A stretch of DNA of 64,000 nucleotides from Podarcis melisellensis (lineage: Eukaryota): the NCBI GenBank assembly GCA_964234715.1, contig OZ174277.1; one strand, 5' to 3'. Positions within the stretch are counted from its first letter, which is position 1. Each line of letters starts with the position of its first letter. Positions 1-13,208 of the stretch are shown here, piece after piece. Under the pieces are notes generated by a model. That model saw only the letters and a program-made list of their open reading frames with translations, was not told where the DNA came from and ran no database searches. Made by a program: the position numbers and the translations under genes.

Positions 1-879
1 TTAGATATTGTTGGACTTCAGCTCACATCAGCCTCAGCCCAGCATGGCAAATGGTATCACATGACAAGAGTTGGGAGTCCAGCAATGGCTGGAAGGCCAC
101 AGCTCTGATCTAGAAAGTCTTTTGAAGTAGGCTGCTGTTATGACCATTTTACTAAGAAGAAAATAAGTGTTTGTCATGTCAGTTTCTTTAATGGTCAAAG
201 AATGTGGCATACTAACTACCAGAGAGAACCCATCACTTGCCAAAGGACTGAGATGTAAACCAAGCCAAGCCAGAGAAGATGACAATCATTCTCAGTGCTA
301 GTCTGGAACAACCACTACTGTGTTTCTTCATGCTCATTATCACCAGCCAAATATCAGTTCATCTACAAAAGCATGCTGGAACTACTCTAGTTTTAAATTA
401 ACAGGGAGGTCAGTAGGCTCAAGGCCAAGTTTGAGTTAAGGAATCTTGACATCCTACCAGAAGCATAACACTGTAGATCCCATGAGGCTTACCTCTCTAG
501 ATCCCATGAGTATTACCTCTCTAGATCTAACATCATGCTGACAGCTGCCTTGTGACAGGCAGAAGTTCAATGGGAGAATCTCTTTCCCATAACTACCTCT
601 CAACTACAGTGACGTGGTGCTTCTTGAATTCCTGCCTGCCATGCAACTATCAAAGGCTAAGGAAAGGGAGGTATGAAGTGGGACTCATATATGGCTCCCT
701 ACTTAAAAAAAAAAAGCAACAGAAAATCCCTCCATAACCTTATACATACTGCACATATTCAGCAGAACATTTTAAATTCTCGCATATATGCTTATCTTAC
801 TCACACAGGCAAAAAAGTTGCTTGGAGAGAACTCCAATGCAACCTGATCCTGGATCTAGGCTTGGTGACCGACTTGAAT

Positions 880-1720
880 TCAGCCGGTGAAGCTTTCCCA
901 GCAAGCCACTTCGCAAAGCAGCTGCAGCGGGCTGGGGAAGCTTCTCCGGCAGAATCCCTGCCTGTTAAAGGCGCAAGCCCCCCGGCTGCCGAGAAAGAGG
1001 GTGGGGTGGGTGGGATGAAGATGGCAGCTCTTGGCGGCCCCTCTCCCTTACCTGAGCCGGAGAGCGCGCCCCGCTGCAGGTGGCTCTTTCGCAGCGTGCA
1101 GAAAGAGGAGACGTCGCTCTGGGCGCGGCCCCGGGGGCCGGTCTCGCCGGGGAGCATCCACCAGCGGGACGAGGGAGAAGGCGCGTCTGCCCGAGCAGGG
1201 CTCGCCTTCTTCTCCTCCATCCCCGCGACGAGAAGGGACGAGCTCGCCTGCCCGCCACTTCTTGCCCTCTCTCCGCGTTTCAAGTGCTCTCTGAGAGGAA
1301 ACGGGCGCCTTCTTCCGCCGTAGGTGTGGCGCCTTCGAAGCCAGCGCAGCCACAGCGCGGCGAAGCCCTGCCTGAGGTGGCGACAGGCGAGCGAAAAAGT
1401 TTTGACAGGAAGGACCCGCCCACCGACTCTCGCTTCTCCTCACAGCCAGTTCGCGCTGGCTCCGCAGGGGCTGGTCCTGCTCGCCTGGCTTTTCTCAGGG
1501 CCACTGGCTCTGCAGGAACCAAGGCAAGCGGCCCTTTGGCAAAGGCTTACCTCGCAGGGCGTGGACGACCAGGAGCCACCTGATAAAGCGGCAGCCTCCC
1601 CCGGAGAGTGGCCTGTCAAAAACGGGGAGAGGAGGGCGCAGTTTCCGCTCCCTCCTGGGCTGGCACTGCCGGGGGTGGCAAGCTCCCCGCACATCTCGGT
1701 TGACGTTTGCACACCGGGGT
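880..1720. promoter_or_regulatory. CpG island / probable PHACTR2 distal promoter
   Basis: Very GC- and CpG-rich ~0.85 kb in an AT-rich, CpG-depleted background; contains the exon above. Confidence 0.8.
1052..1220 (-). CDS. PHACTR2: Probable distal first coding exon of phosphatase and actin regulator 2 (MEEKKASPARADAPSPSSRWWMLPGETGPRGRAQSDVSSFCTLRKSHLQRGALSGS + 1 nt)
   Basis: ATG in good Kozak context (gcggggATGG) inside a CpG island. 169 nt end at a strong donor TCAG|gtaagg in phase 1, fitting the PHACTR2 ...GS|VDGLDK junction. RWW..RGRxQSD resembles the long PHACTR2 isoform N-terminus as I recall it. Position and orientation match PHACTR2-FUCA2 synteny. Confidence 0.72.
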
Positions 1721-4700
1721 AGTTTACTGCTTGGGAAATGGTCGCTTGCTTTTTGAAGGCGAATGTGTGTGTTTTCTAGTTAGAAATCCAGATTGAGTTG
1801 GAAGGCATCTTAGGAAAGGTCTGAACCTTAAATGCGATAAACTTCCTAAGCTGAAACCACTCCAAAAGAAGAAGGAAAGGGCAACCCACGTGTTAAGATG
1901 ATATCGCACACATACTGGGAAGCCTCAGCTGAAGTTGCCTGGATGATGAGATGATGTGTGTTGGGGGTGCTGCACTCCCAGATGAGACAGTTGTTGTCCC
2001 AAATCCTTTTTTTGGGTAGCTGGGCTGTCTTTGTAGAGTCTCCCAAGGAAGGCTTATCTGGTATCAACTCTGAGGCCCTTTTGGCACCAAGTGAAGGTTG
2101 CTTCAATTGCCCTGGTCCTTTAGATACTTGTTTCACTAGATGTTGCATTCCCTGCTTTATTCTGTTTTAACACAGATTTGTCTTTCAGGTAGTTTTTTTT
2201 TTTAAATGTTACATATCCAATTTTAAATGGCATTTTAATGACTGTTTTTATTGTGAACAGCTGTGGACATCGTTTGTGGTTGAAGAGTGGAACAAGAAAA
2301 TTGCTAAACAGTTAAGTAAACAGGTATGGTTTCCCAGTGAGTATTTGTCTGCCGTTTTAAAAACTGAGACATATTTCATGCTCTAATTCAGCACACAGTT
2401 GCACATACCGCATGGCCACCTGCCAGGGATGCTGCTATTGCACCCTGCATTGCAGATCTTGCACTGACCAAAGGGATGGACTACATGTCTTCTGAAGGTC
2501 CCTTCCAGTTCTATGATTCCAGAGGTGGATTTAGGGCAGTGTGACCAGTTCTGCTGTACTGCATGCTGAGCCTAGGGGGCGCTGCAAGGCACTGCATCTA
2601 TGACATAGTGAATTGACCAAAATGGAAGGCAAGAGGTGGGGAGGGGGTGCCAAATGTTGGCCTTGCACAGGGCATCACTGAAATTTGAAAGACCAAAGTT
2701 AACCCCTAATGATTCTGTCCCTAACCATGCACCACATGCAGGAAGAGAGAGGATCTTAATACATTCTCAGATGCAGTCACTATACCTAACTGGATATAAA
2801 TATAATGTGCTTCCTGTGAACTCCTAGAAACAGGCTACCTGATTCTATCCATACAGAGTTTGAGCATTCAGGCTGTTTGCTCTCAAAAAGCCCTTTGCTA
2901 TATCTTCCAGGTTCCAACTATTCCTATTAAGAGCTGTGGACTTGCTCTGTCATGCTCAGAAACAGGGCAGGGGAGCTTACCCTAGTCCATGACCAATGCC
3001 CCTGCGACACACAGTGAATTCCCCATTGCCCTAAAGCAGAGGACAGAACACAGGACTGGGTTCTGAAAATAGCCCATAACATTTACTTGGAAGTGTACTC
3101 TATTGATGCCAATAGAATTTCCTTTCTCAAAAATCTACCTAGGAATTATTTATTTTATTTCACAGATTTATAGGCAGCTAAGCATAATAATACAATACGC
3201 AGACAGCAATGCTAAAATAATTACTAAAGGCAAACATAAAGGTAATATTGAAGAATAAATCTTACATTCTTTTCCTACACCAAATACATTCCAATAGAAA
3301 ATAGGTTTTTGCAATTACATTAGACAAAAATACATTTCTGTCTACACTTGCAAAGAAAAAAAACTTTCTACCTTGTTATTATCCTTTCCCTAGCATGATT
3401 TTTGGAGAAATTTTTGTAATGAAAGATACTACATTGTTTCAACTATTTGTAGGTTTACAAATAGCTATTCCAGCTGTAATCCAAACGTCAACCTTTGTGC
3501 AGAGTTGATATGCAGTATCTTCCATAGCAAAAGTAAATGACAGATTCATCAGTGTTCTGACTTTGCTACTGGTTCTGCCTGCAACAAAAGCATAATATTA
3601 TAAACAATCCTATTGGTATATTCATATGACATTATAATGTCTCTTTTATGTATTACTAATGTATTGGGCACCATAGTCTCTAGGCAGCAAACATAAAACC
3701 AATCAATAGTTTCATTAAAATTGCATGGAAGTGCTCTTATATCCATTCCCCGAATCAGCAGTTACCGTATGCAGTATTTCTCTGCCCCCCTCCTTCATTT
3801 TTCTCCTCCTTTCTTCATTTATTTTCCACTCTTTATTGGCAGAATGTTCACAGGTAGACTTATGTTTATTGTTCTACGAAGGCATTTAAAGTTCAGTGTG
3901 GCAATGAGTCTGACAGCTTTTAAGTGATATTCAGGCTTCTGGAATAAATAGTTTAGTTTTGGGGACAGTAACATTTCCCCCCAAACTGTAGGTTATAGTT
4001 ACCCCTGGTTAAGCTAAGCCCATAGGTTCACAAATGGTTCATTTAGCATCAATGAAATAGAAGAGACCCATGACCACTCTGCTTTCTTTTGAAAGCAGTT
4101 GCCAGAATTGCCAGGGTTGAGGTGGGAATTAATTCTATTTCCACTCATACTGTGTCTTCCAAGTCTAAACTGGTCTTCCCACCAGCTGTTGCTTGCCCTG
4201 CTACAGAAAACATGCAGCCTTGAAACTGAAACTCATTAAATCTGGTGCACCCCAAGATTAGGCCTACCTAGCATTTCTTTTTAAATGTGTGCTTATATAA
4301 TTTATGTGATTGTCTTTGTGACCTGTAACATGTAGGAAACTGCTCCAGTTATGGAACAGAACCAACCTGCTCCACACTTATAGTCCTCATGTTGAAACAC
4401 CTGTGGAAAGTTTTATTTTCTTTAAAGTTTAGTGGATGAAAACATTGCAGTATAAGAGTACGATCAGGATATGTTTCACTAAATTCTTGTTTATACACTA
4501 GCATCCTTGTCTATGCAGTGGCAATAACACAGCTGAACTGTTTAAGTTGCAAATGCAAAATTAGAAGTCTTTTGAACATTTATTTATTTTTGTCTTCTTG
4601 GTTTTGGACATTTATTATGGTTTACTTCAACCTTTGTCAACCTGGTACCCACCAGGTATTTTAGACTACACATCCTATCAGCCACAGACAGCATGCCCAG

Positions 4701-5689
4701 TCAATTTCATTTGTACTCCAGAGCAATTGGCGAGGAGGAAGACCACAACACACTTGGCCTCCCAGCAGGCAGCGAAGTCACTGCCACTTACTGGGAGGGG
4801 CAATGAGGTGGGGAGGCTGGTGTTGTACAGGTGCATTGGCAGAGCCAATCTGGTGCCTGCAGCAATTTGCCTGAGCAGCAGTGACCTCCCTGTCTGCTTC
4901 CTTGCCCTTCCTACTCTTCCTCCTAGCAAGCAGCAATGACTCTGCTGCCAGGAGGTCAGGTGACTGGTGCTGCCCCTCCTCACCAGCTGCTCCTTCTTGT
5001 ATTGCCAGATATCAGGTTATGTTATAACATTATAGTGAAGCTAACAATCTAATCTCCATTCTCATGTACTCAGGGTCCTGAGACTGAACCACAGCTTGTC
5101 ACCTCTAGTGATTGCGCAGAACTATATTTAAATCCCAGTGCAGAATATGGGAGTCTAATTATTTTAGTAGAACATATTCCATTTGAGCAAACTCGAAACA
5201 TTTGTGTCAGTGGAACACCCAGTAGTGAGTAATGCTCCTGTTTTTACACTAGGGAGATAAAACATTTAAGCTACATAGCATTATAATATTTTTAGGAGCA
5301 TGCTGCCTTTATATGAAAGATTTGCAACAAATGAGGACTCCAGGCATGTGAAATCTTGAGTTACGATACCTGAATGTCAAAGAGGGAGCCTCAAATATAT
5401 ACAAAAGATAAAGATTAACAGTTATATTAAAAGTAACAGCAGGTGGCACTTGATAATACATGGAAAGAAGAACTGAGTAGCCTTTATAAAAAAAGAAGGT
5501 AGGAAATTTTAAACTGAAAATAGGTCAGAACTGAGATAGAATATTCAGAAAAAGGCAAGGAGGGTGATGGCAAGTTAAAGGATGTAAAAGTGAATTAATC
5601 ATATAAGGCATTAAGAAGACCATAAACGTTAAAAGAAACTGTCAGAATTCATGATGCCTGTAGAGATTTAAATAATACCCTGTAATTTA

Positions 5690-5914
5690 CAGTGGTACCT
5701 CGGGTTACATACCTTCAGGTTACAGATTCCGCTAATCCAGAAATAGTACCTCGGGTTAAGAACTTTGCTTCAGGATGAGAACAAAAATTGTGCTCCAGCA
5801 GCACGGCAGCAGCAGGAGCCCCCAATAGCTAAAGTGGTGCTTCAGGTTAAGAACAGTTTCAGATTAAGAACGGACCTCCGGAACGAATTAAGTACTTAAC
5901 CTGAGGTACCACTG
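5690..5914. mobile_element. Non-autonomous Tc1/mariner (Tigger-like) MITE
   Basis: TIRs CAGTGGTACCTCGGGTTA / TAACCTGAGGTACCACTG flanked by TA on both sides; a second copy lies at 45940-46154. Confidence 0.85.
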
Positions 5915-8900
5915 TATTTTTTTTTTTTTTTAAGCCATTCAATTTTAGCTTGGGAAGAATATTCTTTGGCTGACACATTATTATGGGGAAACCCAATTCC
6001 AGTGCTCTGAGCAGCATTCTTTTAATTTTCCACAATGCTGCAGACTGATGCGATGTCAGAGGCATTGTGAGGAATGAAATGGTGGCTAGATTCAGACATC
6101 CAGTGCTGCTTGGAGTGCTCCTCAGAGCCCCACTGCCAACATTACTGCCCATTCCCCTGGCTGCCCAGGTAGTCTACCATGGCTTATGGATGAAGGTGGG
6201 ACCCACTTTGCCTCCTCAAACCTGGAGCCAACCTTGCATTTCATACTTGCCTCCACTGAGGAACATCTCTCAGTGGCAGCAAATAAAAAATAATAAAATT
6301 GCACATACGCATTGTGAGGATGATGCTGATAAAGGATTGATCCTTTTTTATATTATGTGAGCTGTTAGAAGCAGTGAGTTACAAACCTTTCAAAAGCAAG
6401 GTGTAGATGCATCTTCAGCTTAAGTGTCAGCTGCCAACTTTAAAAAAGCATAGATCGCCTATTTGTAGGATTGCTGGCTGTTGGAGTTGAAAGAATGATC
6501 AATGAGGCACATCACCATATTATGATGAATAGGACAACTGAATAAATTTGTTTTGTGAAAACTGAGTGCTTATAAGGGCACAGCGTAAGGGTAAAAATGC
6601 CCAAACACAGTTGAAATCCTTTTTCACCTTTGCCCTGCAGCTGTCCTCTCTGAGGCTCTTCCATACCAAACCTTGCATCAGCAATTTGGCACTGATAAAT
6701 TAATACAGGACAGCACAATGACTGTAAGTCTAACATTGATGGTGTGGGTTTCCAAAGAAAGTATGCATGGACCTTTTTGCAATAACAGGGGTCAGCAACC
6801 CTTTTGAGTCCACAGGCACATTTGCAAACCAGAAAAACAGTCTTGGGCACCAAGCACACACAACACTTAGGAATGAAAAAAAAATTGATATTTTATCAAG
6901 TCTAATTTGGGGGGGGTGATCTTCCTGGAGAATGCAGTTTGTGGGGGAAGATTTAAACTTCCCTCCCCAGCTGAAATCCCCAGGCAGATCAATTAGGCTA
7001 GAAAAATGTCTCCTTTTGAACAGGATGGAACCTTATAGCACCAGGGAAGCCCTTTAAAGGCCCATGAGTGCCCATGGGTGCTATACTTGCAGTCCATGTG
7101 CTATAGGAGCCAAGGATTATCAGATTGTGTTAGTTTTTATTGGTGTTCTCAGCTTTGGGAATTCAGTTGAGTTGACCAGTTGCTTATACATTTCCAAATA
7201 ACCAAATAAAATATCTTCCAGACACCACAGCATGGGAAGGGGCAAATTAATTGATTCATTGGTTGCCCAGTCTGCCTTAGTAAATGCCTACTGCTGCCCA
7301 TAAAAGTTTCTGTAGGTCATTCTATCATCATTTGAGCAATTGCCATTGGGATTATGATGCATTACTCCCTGGGTCAGGTTGCCCTCTTGATACTAAATAA
7401 TCAAATAGGAGTCAATGCCAAATAAGGTTAAGATGGTAATGCAGTCCATTAAGGAGCACTTTTCCTCTCAACGTGTGGGAGCCTGCCAAATATTGCCTAC
7501 AGTACAGTACAAGGAAAACATAGTTGGACCAGTAAAGGCCTGGGCACTTCAACTTTTGATAGAAGACAACGGGTACATTTCTGCTGCATTAACTGTGAGC
7601 AGCTCATCATTCAAAGATAATTGAATGAGCAAGTGAGAGAGCAAACTAAGCCAGCTCCTTCAAGGCAGTTTTGGCAGCATTTGCATTTAAGGAGTTTTCA
7701 TAATTTAAAAAAAGCCTGGCTTGAATTTTCCTCCGGAATATGCATTGTAGAATACATGTTCGTTTTTAGATCATCTGCGTACTTCCTGTTATATAAATTT
7801 AGCACCAGGTATGAAAAAGGCAAAATGCAGCAGGAAAGTGTGAGATTTAACTCTTCTGTTAAGATTTGTTTTTAAAAAATGCAACTCAGCAAGTAGCTAA
7901 TGATTGTGATGCAGCAATAATATCTGGCAAACTGCAGATATTCTTCCTCTGTTACAATGACTGCAAAGAAGAGGCTATTTGTGCAAATAAATGACTGAAT
8001 GAGAGTGTCCATTTGAAATGGGATCCACTGCTCTGCATTACTCTATAGCTTACTTAGCACAGTGGTTAATGTATCCTCTAGTGGAAAAACTCGCCATAGA
8101 TGGTAATGACACTCTGCCACAAGACTTACTCCTACACAGATACTTGTTATGTACAAGTTTTCAACAGTTTTGTTGTGATTCTCTGCTGTAAGCGAACAGT
8201 AACCGAGGCTGCTGTTTCTTCAAGATTGGATTCAATAGTATTCAGATCAGGACAGAATGGCCTGGTTCACACAACACAGTAAGCCAAGCTTAATAAAACT
8301 TGGTTAGCGAGGAGAGAACCCAGGTTCCCATGACATGAGATGTGGGAATCAAAAAGCCTAGGAAGGAGCAAAGGGGCTGTGATGGTTCAGGAGTTTGTAT
8401 GGTTCCATTAAGCCATAGTTTGACTTACCAGGTTGTGGGAATCAGGCCACTGTATTTATTATGGTCAAAAAGAGTACAGAACAAAACTGACCAACTCCAT
8501 CTGCAGTACAGACCCTGGTGTGGATTATATGTGATCAGCAGAACACTTTGTATGTACAGAAAGCAAGTACAAGCCTGCAAGGACAAGCACATTTCAAAGA
8601 CCTATTGCTGGACCCAACAACACAAGAGGCAATTACTCCTTCTGGTTTGTTTCTGAAGATGCAGAAAAAGCTAATTTTCTTGAATTGTATCATGCACTCT
8701 GTAGTAATGTTAGTATATTTCACGAAGTTGTTCTTGAGGGGCGAGCGGCTGGGGACCTTTACCACACACTCTTTATGCATTAATAGTGATTCTTTGCATA
8801 CTAACTCTAGGGCTGAAATTAGACAACAGCACAGTTTCACATGGTCAAAGGATTTTTGAACTTGTATTCCTTAAAACAACAGTTTTCCATGCTACATAGA

Positions 8901-10333
8901 AGCCATTATTTTAGGGAAGTTTGAAAAATGCTTTATAACAAGCCACTCTTGTTGGACTCGGTTAAAGCAGTTCTTTGGATCAAAGTACAGAAATGTGAAT
9001 GTTTGAGCTAATTACATACGTCCAATATTTGACAGAGAAAAATGAAGTGTACTTACTTCCTAGTGATGAGTTTATGATGGTAGCTGAGCTTGCCAAATGT
9101 CTAAGACACTAGCTGGATCATCTACCAAAGAAGTTTTGAAATAGTAGCTTCCAAATTGAGTTTCCTACAGTCCAGAGAGCACAGTTGGCTGTGTTCTTAG
9201 ATGCATTAAATCAGCTGATTAAATGAGGTCTTGAGTTTTACAAGTCTATTCATCATTCCATTTGTAAGACTGTCTGTCATGTGAGAACTTTATTGAACTT
9301 CAAGATATCAGAAAAAAGAACTTCGTACACACAGTCAGGTTGAAAACCTCTACATTTCAAGTGTGAATACTAACTTGACCCATTTTCAATGGATCACAAA
9401 AGCTGTAAAACGTAAGCCAACACAGTGAGTTGTTATTCAGTTGAATAACAGACCCACTGAAATTACTGGGCCTACATGAGTCATGGCCATTGATTTCAAT
9501 GGGGCTACTCTGAGTGATTTAATTCAATACAACCCAGTACTCCCCTTGGCATCCTAGTGTGTGTATTCAATGTACAGTAACAGTTTGTGTTTCAAATAAA
9601 AACCTCAGGTCAACTTTCTCAAACCAAAATACATTAACAGGATCTCTGAAATGAGGCTTTTTGAGCACTTTGCTGTATTATTATTTATTGTCAAACTCCT
9701 GCCTTCCTTTAAAAATACTAATTTAGATTTTAAAATGCACATATCCTAGCAGAGTTGTTCACATCAATAAAATAGCTTGGACATTTATATATACTCCACC
9801 CTTCATAAGCTTCCCAAGGGATGAGTAACTTACAGAAAAGTAAAATTAGAATAAAACAAAGGCCTGTCCAACTCAAGGATGCTTGGGGTGGGGGGAATAT
9901 TGGTGTGGGCTGGTGCAACTCAACACTTAGATGGGGGGGTTATTTAAAGAGCTCAGGGTGGGGTTCATCATTCTTCCCCTTACTATTCTATCCTCACAAC
10001 AACCTTTTGAAGTAAGTTAGCCTAAGATAGTGACTGGCCCAAGGGCACCAAGTAGGCTTCATGCCTGAGTGGGGGTTTCAAATGCTTTTTGTTCAAAAGA
10101 ATTGCAGCAGTTATTATGACTTATTAATAAACAGCCACAACAAATGAATACACTGCTTGCTTTGTAACTATTTAAATCTTGAATTTATCCAAGCATGAAT
10201 TTCTAAATAGAATTTATGTAAATCTTGAATCACTTTTGACCCCCTCCATCTTAAATACCATGCCTTATCTTGCACCAAATGTAGTACTGTTAGCCTTAGA
10301 CTAGCAGATGAAAGACATACAGTAACATAACAT

Positions 10334-10475
10334 GAATCACAGAATCATAGAATTGGGACCCTGAGGGTCTTCTAGTCCAACCCCCTGCAATGCAGGAATA
10401 TGCAGCCATCCCATCCAGGGATTGAACCTGCAACCTTGGTGTTATTCGTACCATACTTTAACCAACTGAGCTATC
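10334..10475 (-). mobile_element. tRNA-Ile-derived SINE with CR1-type 3' tail
   Basis: Minus strand reads GATAGCTCAGTTGGTTAAAG...GGTTCAATCCC (A/B boxes), then GGGTTGGACTAGAAGACCCTCAGGGTCCC..ATTCTATGATTCTGTGATTC tail. Confidence 0.8.
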
Positions 10476-11299
10476 ATCAAGCAGAAACTTGCATTTGTTG
10501 CACTCTTTAGGGTTGACACTGGAGGAGAGTGGGGCTGTGGCGCCTTTATCAGATGCGGCAGGCAGATATCAAACAAAGCAACTCTCTTCTAGTATGGAAC
10601 TACAATTATGGGGAAAGCTTCACTTGTTGATATTTTGTCTGCTGGACATCTTATGACTTGTATGCAACCCCTGATTTATTTTGGGGCACTCCACCCTCTC
10701 CTGCAAAAGTGTGCACAAATTTGCACAAGACATAAAGAAGCGCATGCAGATATGTGTCTTATCTGGCAACTGCACCAAAGGGCCAAATCAGCGCACAGTA
10801 TACCAAGCCCAGAAATTGTGTTGCCTTATCTATGGGCATGGGTGCAGTGCAGTCATGCCAGTTGTTGCAGAAGGTGGCTGCTGCCTCGAACCTGGCTCTG
10901 GGAAGGTGGCACCTTCTTCCATGTGTGGTCTACGTGGCACCTCCTTGGTCCATGGCAATGAGACGCCATGGGGTCTGTTTGCTGTGACTTGGCAGAAGTG
11001 TTTGATGAGGTGTTGGGAGTTTTCATCCTTTCTCTGTGACTTGATCCAGATGGTTGAGAAGACCACTGGCAGGTCGTTGGAGGGGGAAGGAATGACCTCA
11101 CGACACAACCACAGCAGTTGGTTATCATTCTGGAGCTGTCCAAGGTCGTGAGCAGTGGAGCTGCGTTGCCACTGAGAAGGGCCTGCTGCTCTCTGCGCTC
11201 TCTCTCTGTGTCTGTGTGTAGCTTCTGATGCTCTGTGGACCTCTGTGCCTGCTCAACCACAGTCGATGCTCGCAATAAAGGCTGGCAAACGCTCCCCAT

Positions 11300-12050
11300 T
11301 TTTTGTTTTCCTTGCGGCAGGTGGCCCCACTGATTTGAGAGGTTAGAAGCTCGACCCGATCTCAGGACGCATCTCCCAGAAACGACTTCCTGTTTGGAGG
11401 CCAGCGCGGAAAGCAAACTCGGCCAAAGGCGAGTCACTCTTTTGGTCTGCCGGAAGACGAGAAATGAAATGAAGAAGATCCAGACCTCGCAAGAAGCGGA
11501 AGCAGCCCTGCCTCGCCTCCCCAGCGGCTGCTGCTCGGTCAGCTGACCGGAGTCCCGTGAAGACGAGGCGCAGAAAGGAAAGGAGGACCTTCGCCAAGGG
11601 GCTGCTGCTGCCTGATGTCTCCGCCGGCGCGCTCCTCCATCCTTCGCTCCCCAGCGGCTGCTCCAGGGCTGCTGCTGCTCCTGCTGCTGCTCTGCTTGCA
11701 GCTTCCCTCTCCTGGAGATGCTGCTCGCTACGACCCCACGTGGGAGTCGCTGGATTCCCGACCGCTCCCCGCCTGGTTTGACGAAGTCAAGTTCGGCATT
11801 TTTATCCACTGGGGCGTCTTCTCGGTGCCAAGCTTCGGCAGCGAGTGGTTTTGGTGAGGCTCCCCACCCATCCACTGCTCGAGCTCTTTGACCCTGCCCG
11901 CCCCTCTTCCTCCCGAGCGCATCGTGCCGGCCGATTCCCTCCAGGAAATGTCAAGGAGGCTCGCTGCCTCCCTGGGGTACCAACTGGAATAAAATATTGG
12001 AGGTGGGGCAGGTCAGCCTCGCCCCGCGTAATGGATCACAAGACATAATG
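11300..12050. promoter_or_regulatory. CpG island / FUCA2 promoter
   Basis: CpG-rich region around exon 1 with ETS-like motifs (acttcctg ~11385, ccggaag ~11451). Confidence 0.75.
11615..11853 (+). CDS. FUCA2: Alpha-L-fucosidase 2 (GH29), exon 1, including signal peptide
   Basis: Poly-Leu signal peptide, then [43 protein letters not shown]; donor TG|gtgagg. Confidence 0.95.
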
Positions 12051-13020
12051 CACGCACACCATTTGAATGGCAATGCCCATCAATCCGGGGGGGGGGCTGG
12101 CCCCCTCAAATATTTTATTGGGGAGCCCAAAGTTATCTTGGCCCCTAGGGGTTGGCACCTAAGCTACCTCTGGTGGGTCCTCTGTGATCATCGGACTCAG
12201 CCGCTTGCTAGAGAGGGACGAATGATACAAAACTTAACTCGGAAGCCCTGCCATTTTAGCTCTAAGGTGGGTGGGCTCTAGCTGTTCAGTGAAAGCTACT
12301 GCTTCATGTATTCATGTAAGTGAGGGGGCTCGAAGGATGAACCCTTGGGAAATCCTGCACCTCCACTAATGAACTGAGTTTGAGGAGCAGCTAAACAATT
12401 GCCCAGAGGGACATCGCATAACCTCCACGCAAGCAAATCAGAGTGATTGCTCAATGGACACCGGAAGATGTGTAGTCTCCTTGCAAACGTTTTCTGAATA
12501 AATGGAGTTAAGCGCACAATAAACAGGCTGTATGAGAAGTGACCTGAGTTCTAAAGCTGCAAACTAGCTCCAGGGCAAGGAGCATTTTCACACAAGTGGC
12601 TTATATTGGTTTGGACTTTATGTCAATCGACAAAGCAAAGCTTACCATGATTAGGATGTGCAGCTGATTTTTCTTCACTCCATTCACATGTGTGGCATAA
12701 ATAATATGAGAATAGGCTTTAAGTAGAATAATAGAAGCATAACCACCCCACCCCACTCACCACTCTTTCCTTTCTTTTTTTCTTCTTCCTAATTGTTTAA
12801 ACCAGTTCTTAATCCAGGAACTTATACGTTGATCACTAATAATGAAACATGTTGTATAATAATGAAACATGTTGATTGGTACAAAGCAGCTTCTTGTGTT
12901 TCCTAAAAGCCCCATGATGCAGGACTATACTCCAGAACATGTTTGAATCTTTGTTCGGGAACTTCTGAATGCTTCTGCCTTTGTGTGCAGATACAATGGG
13001 TTTGTTTGTTTCCTTTGTAG

Positions 13021-13208
13021 GTGGTATTGGCAGAAAGAAAAGAGAGTTCCCTATGTAAACTTTATGAAGAGCAACTATCCTCCTGGTTTCAGTTACGAAG
13101 ATTTTGGCCCTTTGTTTACAGCAGAGTTTTTTGATGCCGACCAGTGGGCAGACATTTTGAAAGCGTCAGGTGCCAAATATGTTGTCTTGACTTCAAAGCA
13201 CCATGAAG
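13021..13208 (+). CDS. FUCA2: FUCA2 exon 2
   Basis: tttgtag|G TGG TAT TGG ... [16 protein letters not shown]|gtaaac; 188 nt. Confidence 0.96.

Noticed and set aside
474-527. 24-bp imperfect tandem repeats resembling a mini array
   Set aside because: Simple local duplication with no spacers; CRISPR is not applicable to this vertebrate DNA.
673-1722. Many overlapping 80-216 aa ORFs on both strands
   Set aside because: Expected from stop-codon depletion in a CpG island; only the minus-strand exon has Kozak, donor and homology support.
2261-2323. 63-nt stop-free ag/gt-bounded segment (LWTSFVVEEWNKKIAKQLSKQ)
   Set aside because: Lies in what looks like a decayed LINE 3' end; probably chance splice signals.
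10400-10475. Possible tRNA-Ile genes here and at ~22490-22562
   Set aside because: Acceptor stem is degenerate and both are fused to a CR1-type tail, so they are SINE heads rather than tRNA genes.
10853-11875. 340-aa minus-strand ORF
   Set aside because: Antisense to FUCA2 exon 1 across its CpG island; the poly-Q stretch is just the reverse of the CTG-encoded signal peptide.
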